This document shows, in pieces, positions 10,410 to 20,050 of a stretch of DNA of 45,609 bases. Numbering within the stretch: the stretch's first letter is position 1; the number at the start of each line of letters is the position of its first letter. The notes under the pieces were generated by a model that was given only the letters and a program-made list of their open reading frames with translations, ran no database searches and was not told where the DNA came from. Made by a program: the position numbers and the translations under genes. Origin of the DNA: an uncultured Collinsella sp. (lineage in GTDB: Bacteria > Actinomycetota > Coriobacteriia > Coriobacteriales > Coriobacteriaceae); assembly GCA_900554595.1 (NCBI GenBank), contig USHZ01000001.1:1-45609 (forward strand), in the 5' to 3' direction.

Positions 10410-11636
10410 ATGAGCAAGGAAAAAGTCGTTCTCGCATATTCCGGTGGTCTTGATACATCCGTATGTGTCAAGTGGCTCCAGGACGAGAAGAATCTCGATG
10501 TCGTTTGTGTCTGCGGCAACGTGGGCCAGGAGGAGACCGGCCTGGACGCCAAGAAGCAGAAGGCGCTCGACCTGGGCGTTCTTGATTGCCAGGTCCTCGA
10601 CCTGCGCGATGAGTTCTCCGATGAGTTCCTGACCAAGGCCATCGCCGCAAACTCCATGTACGAGAACAAGTACCCGCTGCTCTCCGCTCTTTCCCGTCCG
10701 CTGCTTGCCAAGAAGCTTGTCGAGGTCGCCCACGAGTTTGACGCAACCTACGTCGCCCACGGCTGCACCGGCAAGGGTAACGACCAGGTTCGTTTTGAGG
10801 CTGCCGTCAAGGCCCTCGACCCCGAGCTTAAGGTTATCGCGCCGGTTCGCGAGTGGGACCTGAAGTGTCGTCCCGACGAGGTCGCCTATGCTCACGCCCA
10901 CAACGTGCCGGTTCCCGAGGGTGCCAACGACAACCCCTATTCCATCGATGATAACCTGTGGGGTCGTGCCATCGAGTGCGGTCACCTGGAGGATCCCTGG
11001 AACGAGCCGCTCGACGACGCCTGGGTTATGACCAAGAACCCCGAGGACACGCCTGACACCCCGACGTATACCGAGATTGAGTTTGAGGCGGGCAAGCCCG
11101 TCGCCGTCGACGGCAAGAAGATGAAGCTCTCCGAGATCGTCATCGCACTCAACAAGATCTCTGGCGACAACGGCTTTGGCCGTCTCGACCTGGTCGAGGA
11201 TCGTCTGGTGGGCCTCAAGAGCCGCGAGTGCTATGAGGTTCCCGGCGCCCTGACGCTCATCACCGCCCACAAGGCGCTTGAGGACATTTGCGTCGAGGGC
11301 GACCTGCTCAAGGCCAAGATTAAGCTTGAGCAGGATTGGGCCACCGCCGTGTACAACGGCCAGTGGTACAGCCCGCTCAAAAACGCGCTCGATGCCTTTA
11401 TGGCTGACACCCAGAAGTTCGTGACCGGTACCGTCCGTCTGAAGTTCTTTAAGGGCAACTGCCATGTCGTCGGCCGCAAGAGCCCCTTCAGCCTCTACGA
11501 CTACGGTCTGGCTACCTACGACCGCGACACCACGTTTGACGAGAAGGCCAGCGCCGGCTTTATCGAGATCGATACGCTGTCGCTCAAGACGTGGGCAAAG
11601 GTCCAGGGTCCCAGCTCTGCTGCCGCCCAGGCCTAG
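10410..11636 (+). CDS. argG: Argininosuccinate synthase
   Basis: LAYSGGLDTS, HGCTGKGNDQVRFE, YSIDDNLWG, KSRECYE; GAAAGG SD. Confidence 0.97.
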   Translation: MSKEKVVLAYSGGLDTSVCVKWLQDEKNLDVVCVCGNVGQEETGLDAKKQKALDLGVLDCQVLDLRDEFSDEFLTKAIAANSMYENKYPLLSALSRPLLAKKLVEVAHEFDATYVAHGCTGKGNDQVRFEAAVKALDPELKVIAPVREWDLKCRPDEVAYAHAHNVPVPEGANDNPYSIDDNLWGRAIECGHLEDPWNEPLDDAWVMTKNPEDTPDTPTYTEIEFEAGKPVAVDGKKMKLSEIVIALNKISGDNGFGRLDLVEDRLVGLKSRECYEVPGALTLITAHKALEDICVEGDLLKAKIKLEQDWATAVYNGQWYSPLKNALDAFMADTQKFVTGTVRLKFFKGNCHVVGRKSPFSLYDYGLATYDRDTTFDEKASAGFIEIDTLSLKTWAKVQGPSSAAAQA

Positions 11637-11789
11637 CGCCTCCTTCCCTTGGTATCCGCGCGGCCCATCCGCGTGATACATAACGGGCGCACGGGGTCCC
11701 TACCTTTCGTTATGCTTGCTGACACTTCTTAACATCGGTGGCCCCTACGTTCCGCCCGCATATATGATGCCGCGACTGCGGCTGAGTCC

Positions 11790-11825
11790 GAGCCCCGCCG
11801 GGGTTGTCCGGCGGGGCTCCTTCTA
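11790..11825 (+). terminator. Probable terminator after argG
   Basis: GAGCCCCGCCGG / CCGGCGGGGCTC 12-bp stem, weak pyrimidine tail. Confidence 0.6.
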
Positions 11826-11869
11826 TCAATTTGGCGGCTCTGCGCCTATATATATGAGGAGTATCCATT

Positions 11870-12040
11870 ATGTTCAATGCTATCGCGCATGCTTTACTTT
11901 CCCTCGCGCCCGAGCTCGATGCTGCGAAGGTCGAGGACGTCCCTATGAGCCTGAAGGCCTGGATCGATGGTTCGCAAGGCAACATCCGGAGGGAGACGTT
12001 GGGCGCCAAGTGCCTGGTGCGTCACTTCTTTGCAAATTAG
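11870..12040 (+). CDS. Putative 56-aa small protein (MFNAIAHALLSLAPELDAAKVEDVPMSLKAWIDGSQGNIRRETLGAKCLVRHFFAN)
   Basis: Hand-translated; GAGGAG SD 8 nt before ATG; too short to appear in the ORF track; fills the argG-argH gap. Confidence 0.55.
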   Translation: MFNAIAHALLSLAPELDAAKVEDVPMSLKAWIDGSQGNIRRETLGAKCLVRHFFAN

Positions 12041-12158
12041 CTACATGGCCCCGCGCACAGTGGGGAATGTGTAAAACTAGCGGTTGAAAAATCGCTTTAG
12101 CGACATGGCGCATTGCTTTGGGCGCTTGTTTTGGTATTTGGAGAAAGGGGACGGTTCC

Positions 12159-13589
12159 ATGGCTCTTTGGGGCGGTCGTTTTGAGGCGGGAGTGGCCGAG
12201 GTCACGCAGGAGTTTGGCGCGTCGCTGCCGGTCGACAAACATCTCTATAAGCAGGATATCGCCGGTTCTAAGGCGCATGCCAAGATGCTGGCGGCCCAAG
12301 GCATCATCAGCGCCGAGGACGAGCAGGCGATTGCCGAGGGCCTGACCGGAATCGAACAGGATATCGATGCCGGCAACTTCACCTTCGATATCAACGATGA
12401 GGACATTCATATGTCCATCGAGAGCGAGCTGACGCGCCGTATCGGCGAGGCCGGTAAGCGCTTGCATACCGGGCGTTCGCGCAACGACCAGGTGGCGACC
12501 GATACGCGCCTGGGTGTCAAGGCGTTGGCCAAGGAGCTCATGGAGGCCAATCTTGAGTTGCGCCATGTGCTGGTGGATGCGGCCAAGAAGTACGACAAGG
12601 TGATTCTGCCGGGCTATACGCACATGCAGCATGCTCAGCCCGTGCTGCTGTCACATCATCTGCTGGCGTATTCCTGGATGTTCGCGCGCGACTTTACACG
12701 CCTGAAGGCCGCCTTTGATGCCGCCGACAACTGCCCGCTGGGTGCTGCCGCGCTTGCCGGTACGAGCTATCCACTCGATCGTCAGATGACGGCTGCCGAG
12801 CTTGGCTTTGCGGGTGTGATTCCCAACTCGCTCGATGCGGTTTCCGACCGTGATTTCCTGCTCGATCTGCATTACGCCGGCTCCGTCATGGCCATGCACC
12901 TGTCGCGTCTTTCCGAGGAGATCGTGCTGTGGTCGAGCTCCGAATTTGGCTTCATCACGCTTTCCGACTCCTACTCCACCGGCTCGTCCATCATGCCGCA
13001 GAAGAAGAACCCCGACTTTGCCGAGCTTATCCGCGGCAAGAGCGGCCGTGTCTATGGCAACCTGGTGCAGCTGCTCGTGACCATGAAGGGCTTGCCGCTC
13101 GCTTATAACAAGGACTTGCAGGAGGACAAGGAGGGCGCGCTCGATACCGCCCATACGCTCATGCAGTGCCTGTCCGTTATGGCCGGTATGATTTCGACCT
13201 GGACCGTCAACGAGGATGCCATGGCGCGCGAGTGCGGCGTGGGGCACCTTGCCGCCACCGATGTTGCCGATTACCTGGCCAAGCGTGGTCTTCCGTTCCG
13301 TGAGGCGCATGCCGTGGTGGGCCATCTGGTCCTGATGTGCGAGAAGCGCGGCTGCAATCTTGAGGACCTGCCGTTTGAGGTGTTCCAGGAGGCAAGCCCA
13401 CTCTTTGAGCGCGATATTACCGAGGCGCTCGACATCCCGTCGATTGTCGCTGCGCGCACGACCGAGGGCGGCACCGCCCCTGCCGCCGTTGCCGTACAGC
13501 TGCAGCGTGCCGAGGCAAAGCTCGTTGCCGACGAAGGCGTGTTTGGATCGCTGACCAAAGTCGTCGAGATGGGCCGCGGAGCTAATTAG
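12159..13589 (+). CDS. argH: Argininosuccinate lyase
   Basis: LWGGRF, HTGRSRNDQ, GYTHMQHAQP, GSSIMPQKKNPD signature. Confidence 0.97.
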   Translation: MALWGGRFEAGVAEVTQEFGASLPVDKHLYKQDIAGSKAHAKMLAAQGIISAEDEQAIAEGLTGIEQDIDAGNFTFDINDEDIHMSIESELTRRIGEAGKRLHTGRSRNDQVATDTRLGVKALAKELMEANLELRHVLVDAAKKYDKVILPGYTHMQHAQPVLLSHHLLAYSWMFARDFTRLKAAFDAADNCPLGAAALAGTSYPLDRQMTAAELGFAGVIPNSLDAVSDRDFLLDLHYAGSVMAMHLSRLSEEIVLWSSSEFGFITLSDSYSTGSSIMPQKKNPDFAELIRGKSGRVYGNLVQLLVTMKGLPLAYNKDLQEDKEGALDTAHTLMQCLSVMAGMISTWTVNEDAMARECGVGHLAATDVADYLAKRGLPFREAHAVVGHLVLMCEKRGCNLEDLPFEVFQEASPLFERDITEALDIPSIVAARTTEGGTAPAAVAVQLQRAEAKLVADEGVFGSLTKVVEMGRGAN

Positions 13590-13634
13590 CTTATTGGATG
13601 CGTCTGTCTGGTGTGTTCACCATATCTTGCCTTT

Positions 13635-13666
13635 ACGGGTGCCCGCTACGGTGGGCGCCCGTTTTG
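13635..13666 (+). terminator. Intrinsic terminator after argH
   Basis: ACGGGTGCCCGC / GTGGGCGCCCGT stem + T-run. Confidence 0.7.
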
Positions 13667-13965
13667 TTATAGAGAAGGAAGGAGCTTGTCGAGAACTTCT
13701 GTAGGACATTTGCGCAGGTTGTGAAGGGGCGCGTTCACGGGCGGCAATCGACCGTCCGTTCCGTTCGTTGCGGTTGAAAGTGGTGCGGATGGTACTCTAG
13801 TCGGGCTTCGGAACAGAAGTGACACATATAGAGCGCTTCAATAAATAATAACGCTTCAATAAACGGCTTTTTGTTTAACTGCAGCTAGAACTCTGTTACG
13901 ATGCAGTCCAGGCGGGTGCCGGAATGGGACTTGGGCACGCGCGAACCTACTTGAAAGGCTACCTT

Positions 13966-14370
13966 ATGGCTATCGAGAAGACCTTCATCATGATTAAGCC
14001 CGACGCCGTGCGCGATCGCAAGATCGGCGAGATCGTTGCTCGCATTGAGCGCAGCGGCCTTGTTATCGAGCGCATGGAGATGACCACGCTTGAGCGCGCC
14101 ACTGTCGAGGAGCACTATGCTCACCTCAACGACAAGCCCTTCTTTGGCGGTCTGTGCGATTTTATGACGAGCGGTCCGGTCGTCAAGATGGTCGTTTCCG
14201 GTCCTTCTGCCGTTGCTAAGATGCGCACCCTCATGGGCGCCACCAACCCGCTTGATGCCGCTCCTGGCACCATCCGCGGCGACTTTGCCGTCGATGTCAA
14301 CGCCAACGTGATCCATGGCTCCGACTGCCTGGAGAACGCCGAGATCGAGATTAAGCGTTTCTTTGGCTAA
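13966..14370 (+). CDS. ndk: Nucleoside diphosphate kinase
   Basis: MIKPDA, GATNP, PGTIRGDF, NVIHGSD catalytic His motif. Confidence 0.97.
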   Translation: MAIEKTFIMIKPDAVRDRKIGEIVARIERSGLVIERMEMTTLERATVEEHYAHLNDKPFFGGLCDFMTSGPVVKMVVSGPSAVAKMRTLMGATNPLDAAPGTIRGDFAVDVNANVIHGSDCLENAEIEIKRFFG

Positions 14371-14408
14371 ACCAGCTTTGACTCCTTAAAGCTGTTAGCG
14401 TGTGGCTT

Positions 14409-14443
14409 GAGCGCCGCGGAACTCCATCCGCGGCGCTCTTTTT
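14409..14443 (+). terminator. Intrinsic terminator after ndk
   Basis: GAGCGCCGCGGA / TCCGCGGCGCTC stem + TTTTT. Confidence 0.8.
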
Positions 14444-14548
14444 ATCCCAGCAGGTTTTTTTGGACATGCCTCAAAATCTACTAAAGAGCCCCCGTCCGGA
14501 TGTGCGTTCCGGGCGGGGGCTGTCGTCGGTGTATGACGTTGTAAGGCT

Positions 14549-15016
14549 TTAGGCTTCGTCGACGATCTTAAGGCCGCGCGTCTGGTCGATCTCGTTGAGG
14601 AGGTTGACGCGGCGCTCGTGACGGCCGCCCTCAAACTCGGCGTCGAGCCACTCGTCGACAATCATCTTGGCGAGCTCGGAGCCCACGACGCGGGCGCCAA
14701 AGGCGAGCACGTTGGTGTTGTTGTGCATGCGCGAGAGCTTGGCGCTGAAGGGCTCGGAGCACACGACGGCGCGTACGCCCTCGACCTTGTTGGCAGCCAG
14801 GCTAATCCCGACACCGGTGCCACAGATGAGGATGCCCAGGTCGACGTCGCCGTTGGCAACGGCCTTACCCACCTTGTAGCCGGCGATGGGGTAATCAAAG
14901 CTCTCGGAGGTGTCGGTTCCAAAGTTCACGACCTCGTAGCCGCGCTCCTTCAGGTGCTCGGAAATGATGTTCTTGAGCTCGACGGCGGCGTGGTCGTTAC
15001 CGATACCAATCTTCAT
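14549..15016 (-). CDS. rpiB: Ribose-5-phosphate isomerase B
   Basis: GNDHAA, CGTGVG, HNNTNVL, FEGGRH motifs. Confidence 0.95.
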   Translation of the reverse strand: MKIGIGNDHAAVELKNIISEHLKERGYEVVNFGTDTSESFDYPIAGYKVGKAVANGDVDLGILICGTGVGISLAANKVEGVRAVVCSEPFSAKLSRMHNNTNVLAFGARVVGSELAKMIVDEWLDAEFEGGRHERRVNLLNEIDQTRGLKIVDEA

Positions 15017-15287
15017 GAGTGGTTCCTCTCTGGTCCGTGCGGCGGAATTGCTAAAGGTTTTACCGCGTTCGACTGCATGATAGCGCGACTTTTGCGTAAA
15101 CACTCGCGCGTTTTTTGGTCAAACGCTTTAGCAAGCAGCAAGACTTGCTTCTCATGAATGAATGCCGTCAGATTGCGCTTGAATGCCGTCCGTCGGAAGC
15201 ATGGTTGCGGTTTTTGATGCATTGTTATCAAATAAAAGAGCTAACTATTATCGAGAGCCCAGTTCGTTATGTAAGCAGGAGATACCT

Positions 15288-16607
15288 ATGCCTACCGATT
15301 CCATCCGCGATGCCGCGTTTTGCGACGTCTTGAACCGCGAGCTTGTCTGTGCGCTTGGCTGCACCGAGCCTATTGCCGTTGCCTATGCGGCGGCGCTGGC
15401 GAGCCAGACGCTCGGTTGCGAACCAGATCATATGGACGTTGCCTGCTCGGGCAACATCATCAAGAACGTTAAGAGCGTGACCGTGCCCAATTCGGGCGGT
15501 ATGCACGGTATTGAAGCAGCGGCCGTACTGGGTGCCGTGGGCGGTGACGCCAAGAGCGCGCTCGAGGTGCTCGAGAGCGTTAACGACGAAGATCGTGCTC
15601 GCGTGGCCGAGCTCCTCGCCGATGCCGGTTACTGCGATGTGTCGCTTGTCGAGGGTGTGCCCAACCTCTACATCAAGGTGACTGCCACAGCCGGGGGCCA
15701 TACTGCGGTCGTCGAGATTACCGACCACCACACCAATGTCACGTGCCATACGCTCGACGGTATTCCGGTGTGCGGCAAGTCGGCGGGGGAGTGTGCCGCC
15801 TGCGCTGAGCGCGTGGTGGCCGAGCGGGCGGCGGATAAGGCCGACACGCCCATGTCGATTGAGTCCATCATCGACTTTATCGAGGACGGCGACATTGAGG
15901 GCGCCCGCGCTGCCGTTGAGCGTCAGATTGAGCTAAACGGCGCGATCAGTGCCGAGGGCCTCGCGCACGCTTGGGGCGCCGAGGTGGGCCGTACGCTGCT
16001 GGGCGCTCGTGCCGATGACGTCGCCTGCCGGGCCCGTGCCCGTGCGGCCGCCGGGTCCGACGCCCGCATGAACGGCTGTGCGCTGCCGGTCGCCATTGTG
16101 TGCGGTTCGGGCAATCAGGGCATTACCTGTGCCTTGCCCGTTATGGAGTATGCCGAGTACCTGCGCTGCGACCACGAGCGCCTGGTGCGCGCCGTGATGC
16201 TGTCCGATCTTATCGCCGTGCATATCAAAAGCTATATTGGTGCGCTCTCGGCGTTTTGCGGTGCTATTTGCGCCGCGTGCGGTGCCGGCGCCGCGATTAC
16301 CTGGCTGTGCGGTGGCACGCGCGAGCAGATTGGCGCGACGGTCTCGAACACACTCGGTAACGTTGGCGGTATCGTGTGCGATGGCGCCAAGGCGAGCTGT
16401 GCCGCCAAGATTTCGGCTGCCGTCGATGCGGCGATTCTGGGACATGATATGGCCATGCAGGGTCGCGGCTTCCGCGCCGGCGAGGGCCTGATCCAGGATA
16501 CCGTCGAGCAAACAATCGCCAGCATGGGCTACGTGGGCCGCGTGGGCATGAAGGACACCGACGTCGAGATCCTCAACATCATGATCGGCAAGACTCGTAT
16601 CTGTTAG
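15288..16607 (+). CDS. L-cysteine desulfidase / serine dehydratase alpha family (YhaM-like)
   Basis: ALGCTEPIAVA, SGNIIKN, GSDARM, GSGNQG, LSAFCG, CDGAKASCAAK; AGGAG SD. Confidence 0.9.
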   Translation: MPTDSIRDAAFCDVLNRELVCALGCTEPIAVAYAAALASQTLGCEPDHMDVACSGNIIKNVKSVTVPNSGGMHGIEAAAVLGAVGGDAKSALEVLESVNDEDRARVAELLADAGYCDVSLVEGVPNLYIKVTATAGGHTAVVEITDHHTNVTCHTLDGIPVCGKSAGECAACAERVVAERAADKADTPMSIESIIDFIEDGDIEGARAAVERQIELNGAISAEGLAHAWGAEVGRTLLGARADDVACRARARAAAGSDARMNGCALPVAIVCGSGNQGITCALPVMEYAEYLRCDHERLVRAVMLSDLIAVHIKSYIGALSAFCGAICAACGAGAAITWLCGGTREQIGATVSNTLGNVGGIVCDGAKASCAAKISAAVDAAILGHDMAMQGRGFRAGEGLIQDTVEQTIASMGYVGRVGMKDTDVEILNIMIGKTRIC

Positions 16608-16640
16608 TTACGCGGTTTTACCAAACCGCGTAGCCAGCCG

Positions 16641-16753
16641 ACGCCGCAAACGCCCCTAAGCGGCAATCTGCCTTTCAATCGTTGGGCATGGCCAGAAGGC
16701 CTATGCCCTCCTCTTTCAAGGCACATTGCTCGCTTAGGGGCGTTTTCGCTGAC
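16641..16753. repeat. Palindromic element family 1, copy A (conserved loop, variable stem)
   Basis: 27/28-nt arms 16648-16674 and 16718-16745 enclosing 43-nt loop TCAATCGTTGG...CCCTCCTCTTTC. Confidence 0.85.
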
Positions 16754-16796
16754 TTATGCTCAACCTGCGGCGCTATTTTGTTTGGAGCGAGGGATC

Positions 16797-17555
16797 CTAT
16801 GACAGTTCGTCGGCTATTTGGTGTTCGTAGAAGGCTTCTACTACGGCGTTGAAGTCGCGGGCGAAGTCTTCCATGGTGCCGTGCCAGGTGGCTCGGCCGG
16901 GTTTTCCCTGGCCAACATAGGCGGTTTGGATGCCGCAGGCGGGGCTAGGGAAGTCACGTTTGGGATCGTTGCCCACCATGAGGACCTCATGCGGCTCGAG
17001 TCCCATCACCTGAAGCTGCTCGAGATAGTAGGTTGCATCGGGCTTGCAACGGGTGGTGTTTCCCATGTGCGTCACGAGCTCGAAGGGGGCGTCGGCCAGG
17101 CCGCCCCAACCCATACGGCACTCGATGGCCCCCTGCGGAAAGCTGGGGTTCGTAAAGAGCGCGCAACGCAGTCCTGCGTCCTGTACGGCCTGGAGCGCGG
17201 CGTGCGCGCCCGGCATGGCGTGGGCGTTAATGACATCGTCGTTCTTGCGCGGAAGAACTTCGCGGTCATAGTAGGTAAACGCCTCGTAGATGAGGGGATC
17301 GGAGAGGCAAATGCCGCACCGGCGCTCAACCTCTTCCTGGTAGAACTCAAGATTGGTGCGATTGTCCGTGCCGCTGCGGCGATTGGCGTTGAGGTCGACC
17401 AGGATGGTGCCGAGGCGCGCCATCGTGCCACCGCGGCTGCGCCTTCCGATGTCCGCGAGCATCGACGAGACATCCTTAAAATACCGAAGGATGAACGCGT
17501 TGAGGTTGATGCTAAGAAGCGTTTCGTCCATATCGAAAACGACTGCTTTGAGCAC
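16797..17555 (-). CDS. HAD-family hydrolase
   Basis: FDMDETLL, FTNP, KPDATYY, MVGND motifs. Confidence 0.9.
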   Translation of the reverse strand: MLKAVVFDMDETLLSINLNAFILRYFKDVSSMLADIGRRSRGGTMARLGTILVDLNANRRSGTDNRTNLEFYQEEVERRCGICLSDPLIYEAFTYYDREVLPRKNDDVINAHAMPGAHAALQAVQDAGLRCALFTNPSFPQGAIECRMGWGGLADAPFELVTHMGNTTRCKPDATYYLEQLQVMGLEPHEVLMVGNDPKRDFPSPACGIQTAYVGQGKPGRATWHGTMEDFARDFNAVVEAFYEHQIADELS

Positions 17556-17870
17556 GCGGGCACCTTTCTCGAGAAATCGTTCCAGAATCGTTAGCTCCGG
17601 ATACTTTACCCCAAAGGCGTATGCCTAACTGCCTATCGTCAACTTATGGAGACAGCTGTCCATAAGATTACGAAAAAGTCTCCACACGGGTAAAAAATCG
17701 CAGTTCACGCTTGAAATCGAAATGATTTCCCCGTAACCTATACGAACGTGATTGCATAAGCGTCACATTAGTATCTGTCGGCTCCCGAGTGTTCCTAAAC
17801 GTTGTGTGCTTGTCGCACCCTTCTGTAGGTCCTAGCAATCGGGGCCCCGTAGTTCGAAAGGGGTCCACCT

Positions 17871-19037
17871 TTGAGTGAGATTCAGAACTCGTCCATTTTC
17901 TCTCTTGACGATGTCAACGAGGAGGAGATGAACAACCTCATCGACGGTACGATTACCGACTTTGATGAGGGCGATCTCGTTAACGGCACTGTCGTTAAGA
18001 TCGAGCATGACGAGGTGCTCGTTGACATCGGATTCAAGTCCGAGGGCGTTATCCCGGTCCGCGAGCTGTCCATCCGCAAGGACGCTAACCCTGCAGACAT
18101 CGTTGCACTCGGTGATCCCATCGAGGCTCTGGTTCTCCAGAAGGAGGACAAGGACGGTCGTCTGGTCCTGTCCAAGAAGCGTGCCGAGTACGAGCGTGCT
18201 TGGAACCGCATCGAGGAGAAGTTCAACTCCGGCGAGAACGTCGAGGGCGAGGTTATCGAGGTTGTCAAGGGCGGCCTGATCCTCGACATCGGCCTGCGTG
18301 GCTTCCTGCCCGCTTCCCTCGTCGACCTCCGTCGCGTCAAGGACCTCACCTCCTACATGGGCACCCGCATCGAGGCCCGCGTCATCGAGATGGACCGCAA
18401 CCGCAACAACGTTGTCCTCTCCCGTCGCGTCGTGCTCGAGGAGTCCCGTAAGGCCGAGCGCTCCGAGATCCTGTCGAAGCTCAAGTCTGGCATGCGTCTC
18501 CAGGGCACCGTTTCCTCCATCGTCGACTTCGGCGCCTTCGTCGACCTCGGCGGTATCGACGGCCTCATCCACATCTCCGAGCTCTCTTGGAACCACGTCA
18601 ACCATCCTTCCGAGGTTGTCAAGGTCGGCCAGGAGGTCGAGGTCGAGGTTCTCGACGTCGATCTCAACCGCGAGCGCATCTCCCTGGGTCTCAAGCAGAC
18701 CACCGAGGATCCGTGGCGCGCACTGGTCAAGAAGTACCCCGTCGGCGCTATCGTCGAGGGCACTGTGACCAAGCTTGTCCCGTTCGGCGCTTTCGTCGAT
18801 CTGGGCGAGGGCATCGAGGGCCTGGTGCACATCTCCGAGATGGCCAACAAGCACGTCGATCAGCCTTCTCAGGTCACCCACGTGGGCGACAAGGTTCAGG
18901 TCAAGGTCATGGAGATCGACCTCGACCGTCGTCGTATCTCCCTGTCCATGAAGTCTGCTGCTGAGACTCTGGGCGTCGAGATTGAGGTTACCCCGCTGCC
19001 TTCCGAGAAGAAGGACGAGGAGACCGACGCCGAGTAA
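17871..19037 (+). CDS. rpsA: 30S ribosomal protein S1
   Basis: Four S1 repeats (DIGFKSEG, RGFLPAS, FGAFVDLG...GLIHISE); TTG start. Confidence 0.97.
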   Translation: MSEIQNSSIFSLDDVNEEEMNNLIDGTITDFDEGDLVNGTVVKIEHDEVLVDIGFKSEGVIPVRELSIRKDANPADIVALGDPIEALVLQKEDKDGRLVLSKKRAEYERAWNRIEEKFNSGENVEGEVIEVVKGGLILDIGLRGFLPASLVDLRRVKDLTSYMGTRIEARVIEMDRNRNNVVLSRRVVLEESRKAERSEILSKLKSGMRLQGTVSSIVDFGAFVDLGGIDGLIHISELSWNHVNHPSEVVKVGQEVEVEVLDVDLNRERISLGLKQTTEDPWRALVKKYPVGAIVEGTVTKLVPFGAFVDLGEGIEGLVHISEMANKHVDQPSQVTHVGDKVQVKVMEIDLDRRRISLSMKSAAETLGVEIEVTPLPSEKKDEETDAE

Positions 19038-19061
19038 ATCGGTTTGACGATCACTTGTTTT

Positions 19062-19095
19062 AAGGGATCTGTCCGCAATGGACGGGTCCCTTTTT
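19062..19095 (+). terminator. Intrinsic terminator after rpsA
   Basis: AAGGGATCTGTCC / GGACGGGTCCCTT + T-run. Confidence 0.8.
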
Positions 19096-19378
19096 GCATT
19101 TGGCGGTGAGATGCACGATGCTGCCCCGGCTTAATGTTGTCCGGGCTGTCTGTTTGGTATTGGGTTGTCAGTGCATGAAAAAATGCCGACATCCCGCCTC
19201 GGGGAGGAGGCGGGAACGCACCGAGTAGACGGAGGGGTACGGAGCGCGGTCGCGTCTCGACTGACGACGTTGCCCATCGACAAGCCTATTGTACTGCATG
19301 GCGTGGTTCTTGGTTTATCGTGTCGAACGCTTGCGTTGTGCCATTGCCAATAGCGACGGTGTGCTACACTCTTGCACT

Positions 19379-19740
19379 GCTGAGTGGGCCAGACGGTCGC
19401 GCGATGTGCTGCTTGCAGCACGCGTGAGGAAAGTCCGGGCTCCAGAGGGCGGGATGCCGGCTAACGGCCGGGCGGAGTGATCCGACGGAAAGCGCCGCAG
19501 AAAAGAAGACTCCCACCTGCGCCGCAAGGCGTAAAGGGAAAAGCTGAAACGGTGGTGTAAGAGACCACCAGCGTCGTGGCAACACGGCGGCTTGGCAAGC
19601 CCCATCCGGAGCAAGCGCGAATAGGAACGCTATGGGCCGGCCCGGTCCGCGTTCGGGTAGCGTGCGTGGAGCTGCATGGTAACGTGCAGACAAGATAAAT
19701 GACCGTTCACGACAGAACCCGGCTTACAAGCCCACTCAGC
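19379..19740 (+). ncRNA. rnpB: RNase P RNA (type A)
   Basis: GAGGAAAGTCCGGGCTC and ACAGAACCCGGCTTA conserved motifs, GAAACGGTGGTGTAAGAGACCACC, terminal P1 pairing GCTGAGTGGGC/GCCCACTCAGC. Confidence 0.97.
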
Positions 19741-19750
19741 AACTATGTTG

Positions 19751-19863
19751 ACGCTGCGACGGCGTCAGCTGGCCGATTTGGCGCTCATTCGTCGGTCGCC
19801 GCCATAAGGCGTGCTCCCTCCTCTTTCGGGCCAAATCGACTCAGCTGACGCCGTCTCGCTGTC
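19751..19863. repeat. Palindromic element family 1, copy B
   Basis: 27/28-nt arms 19758-19784 and 19828-19855, 43-nt loop TCATTCGTCGG...CCCTCCTCTTTC. Confidence 0.85.
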
Positions 19864-20050
19864 TTTGCCTGATCATCGGCAGCCTCATTTTTGTTACGAT
19901 CCTGTCTTACAAGGCACTTTGCTCGCCCTGACGGGTTCTCGCTTTCGTTTACGGAATCATCGGCGTTGCCGTTCTATTTATCGGGGTTATTGGTACGGTC
20001 TTTGCCGTATTATTGAGGCTGTTTGTTGCTTTGCTTGTGTTTGAGGGGCT

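Noticed and set aside
19920..19931. Apparent CxxU selenoprotein motif (C-S-P-TGA)
   Set aside because: No start codon or SD upstream in frame, no SECIS-like hairpin downstream, and the frame runs on into yigZ.
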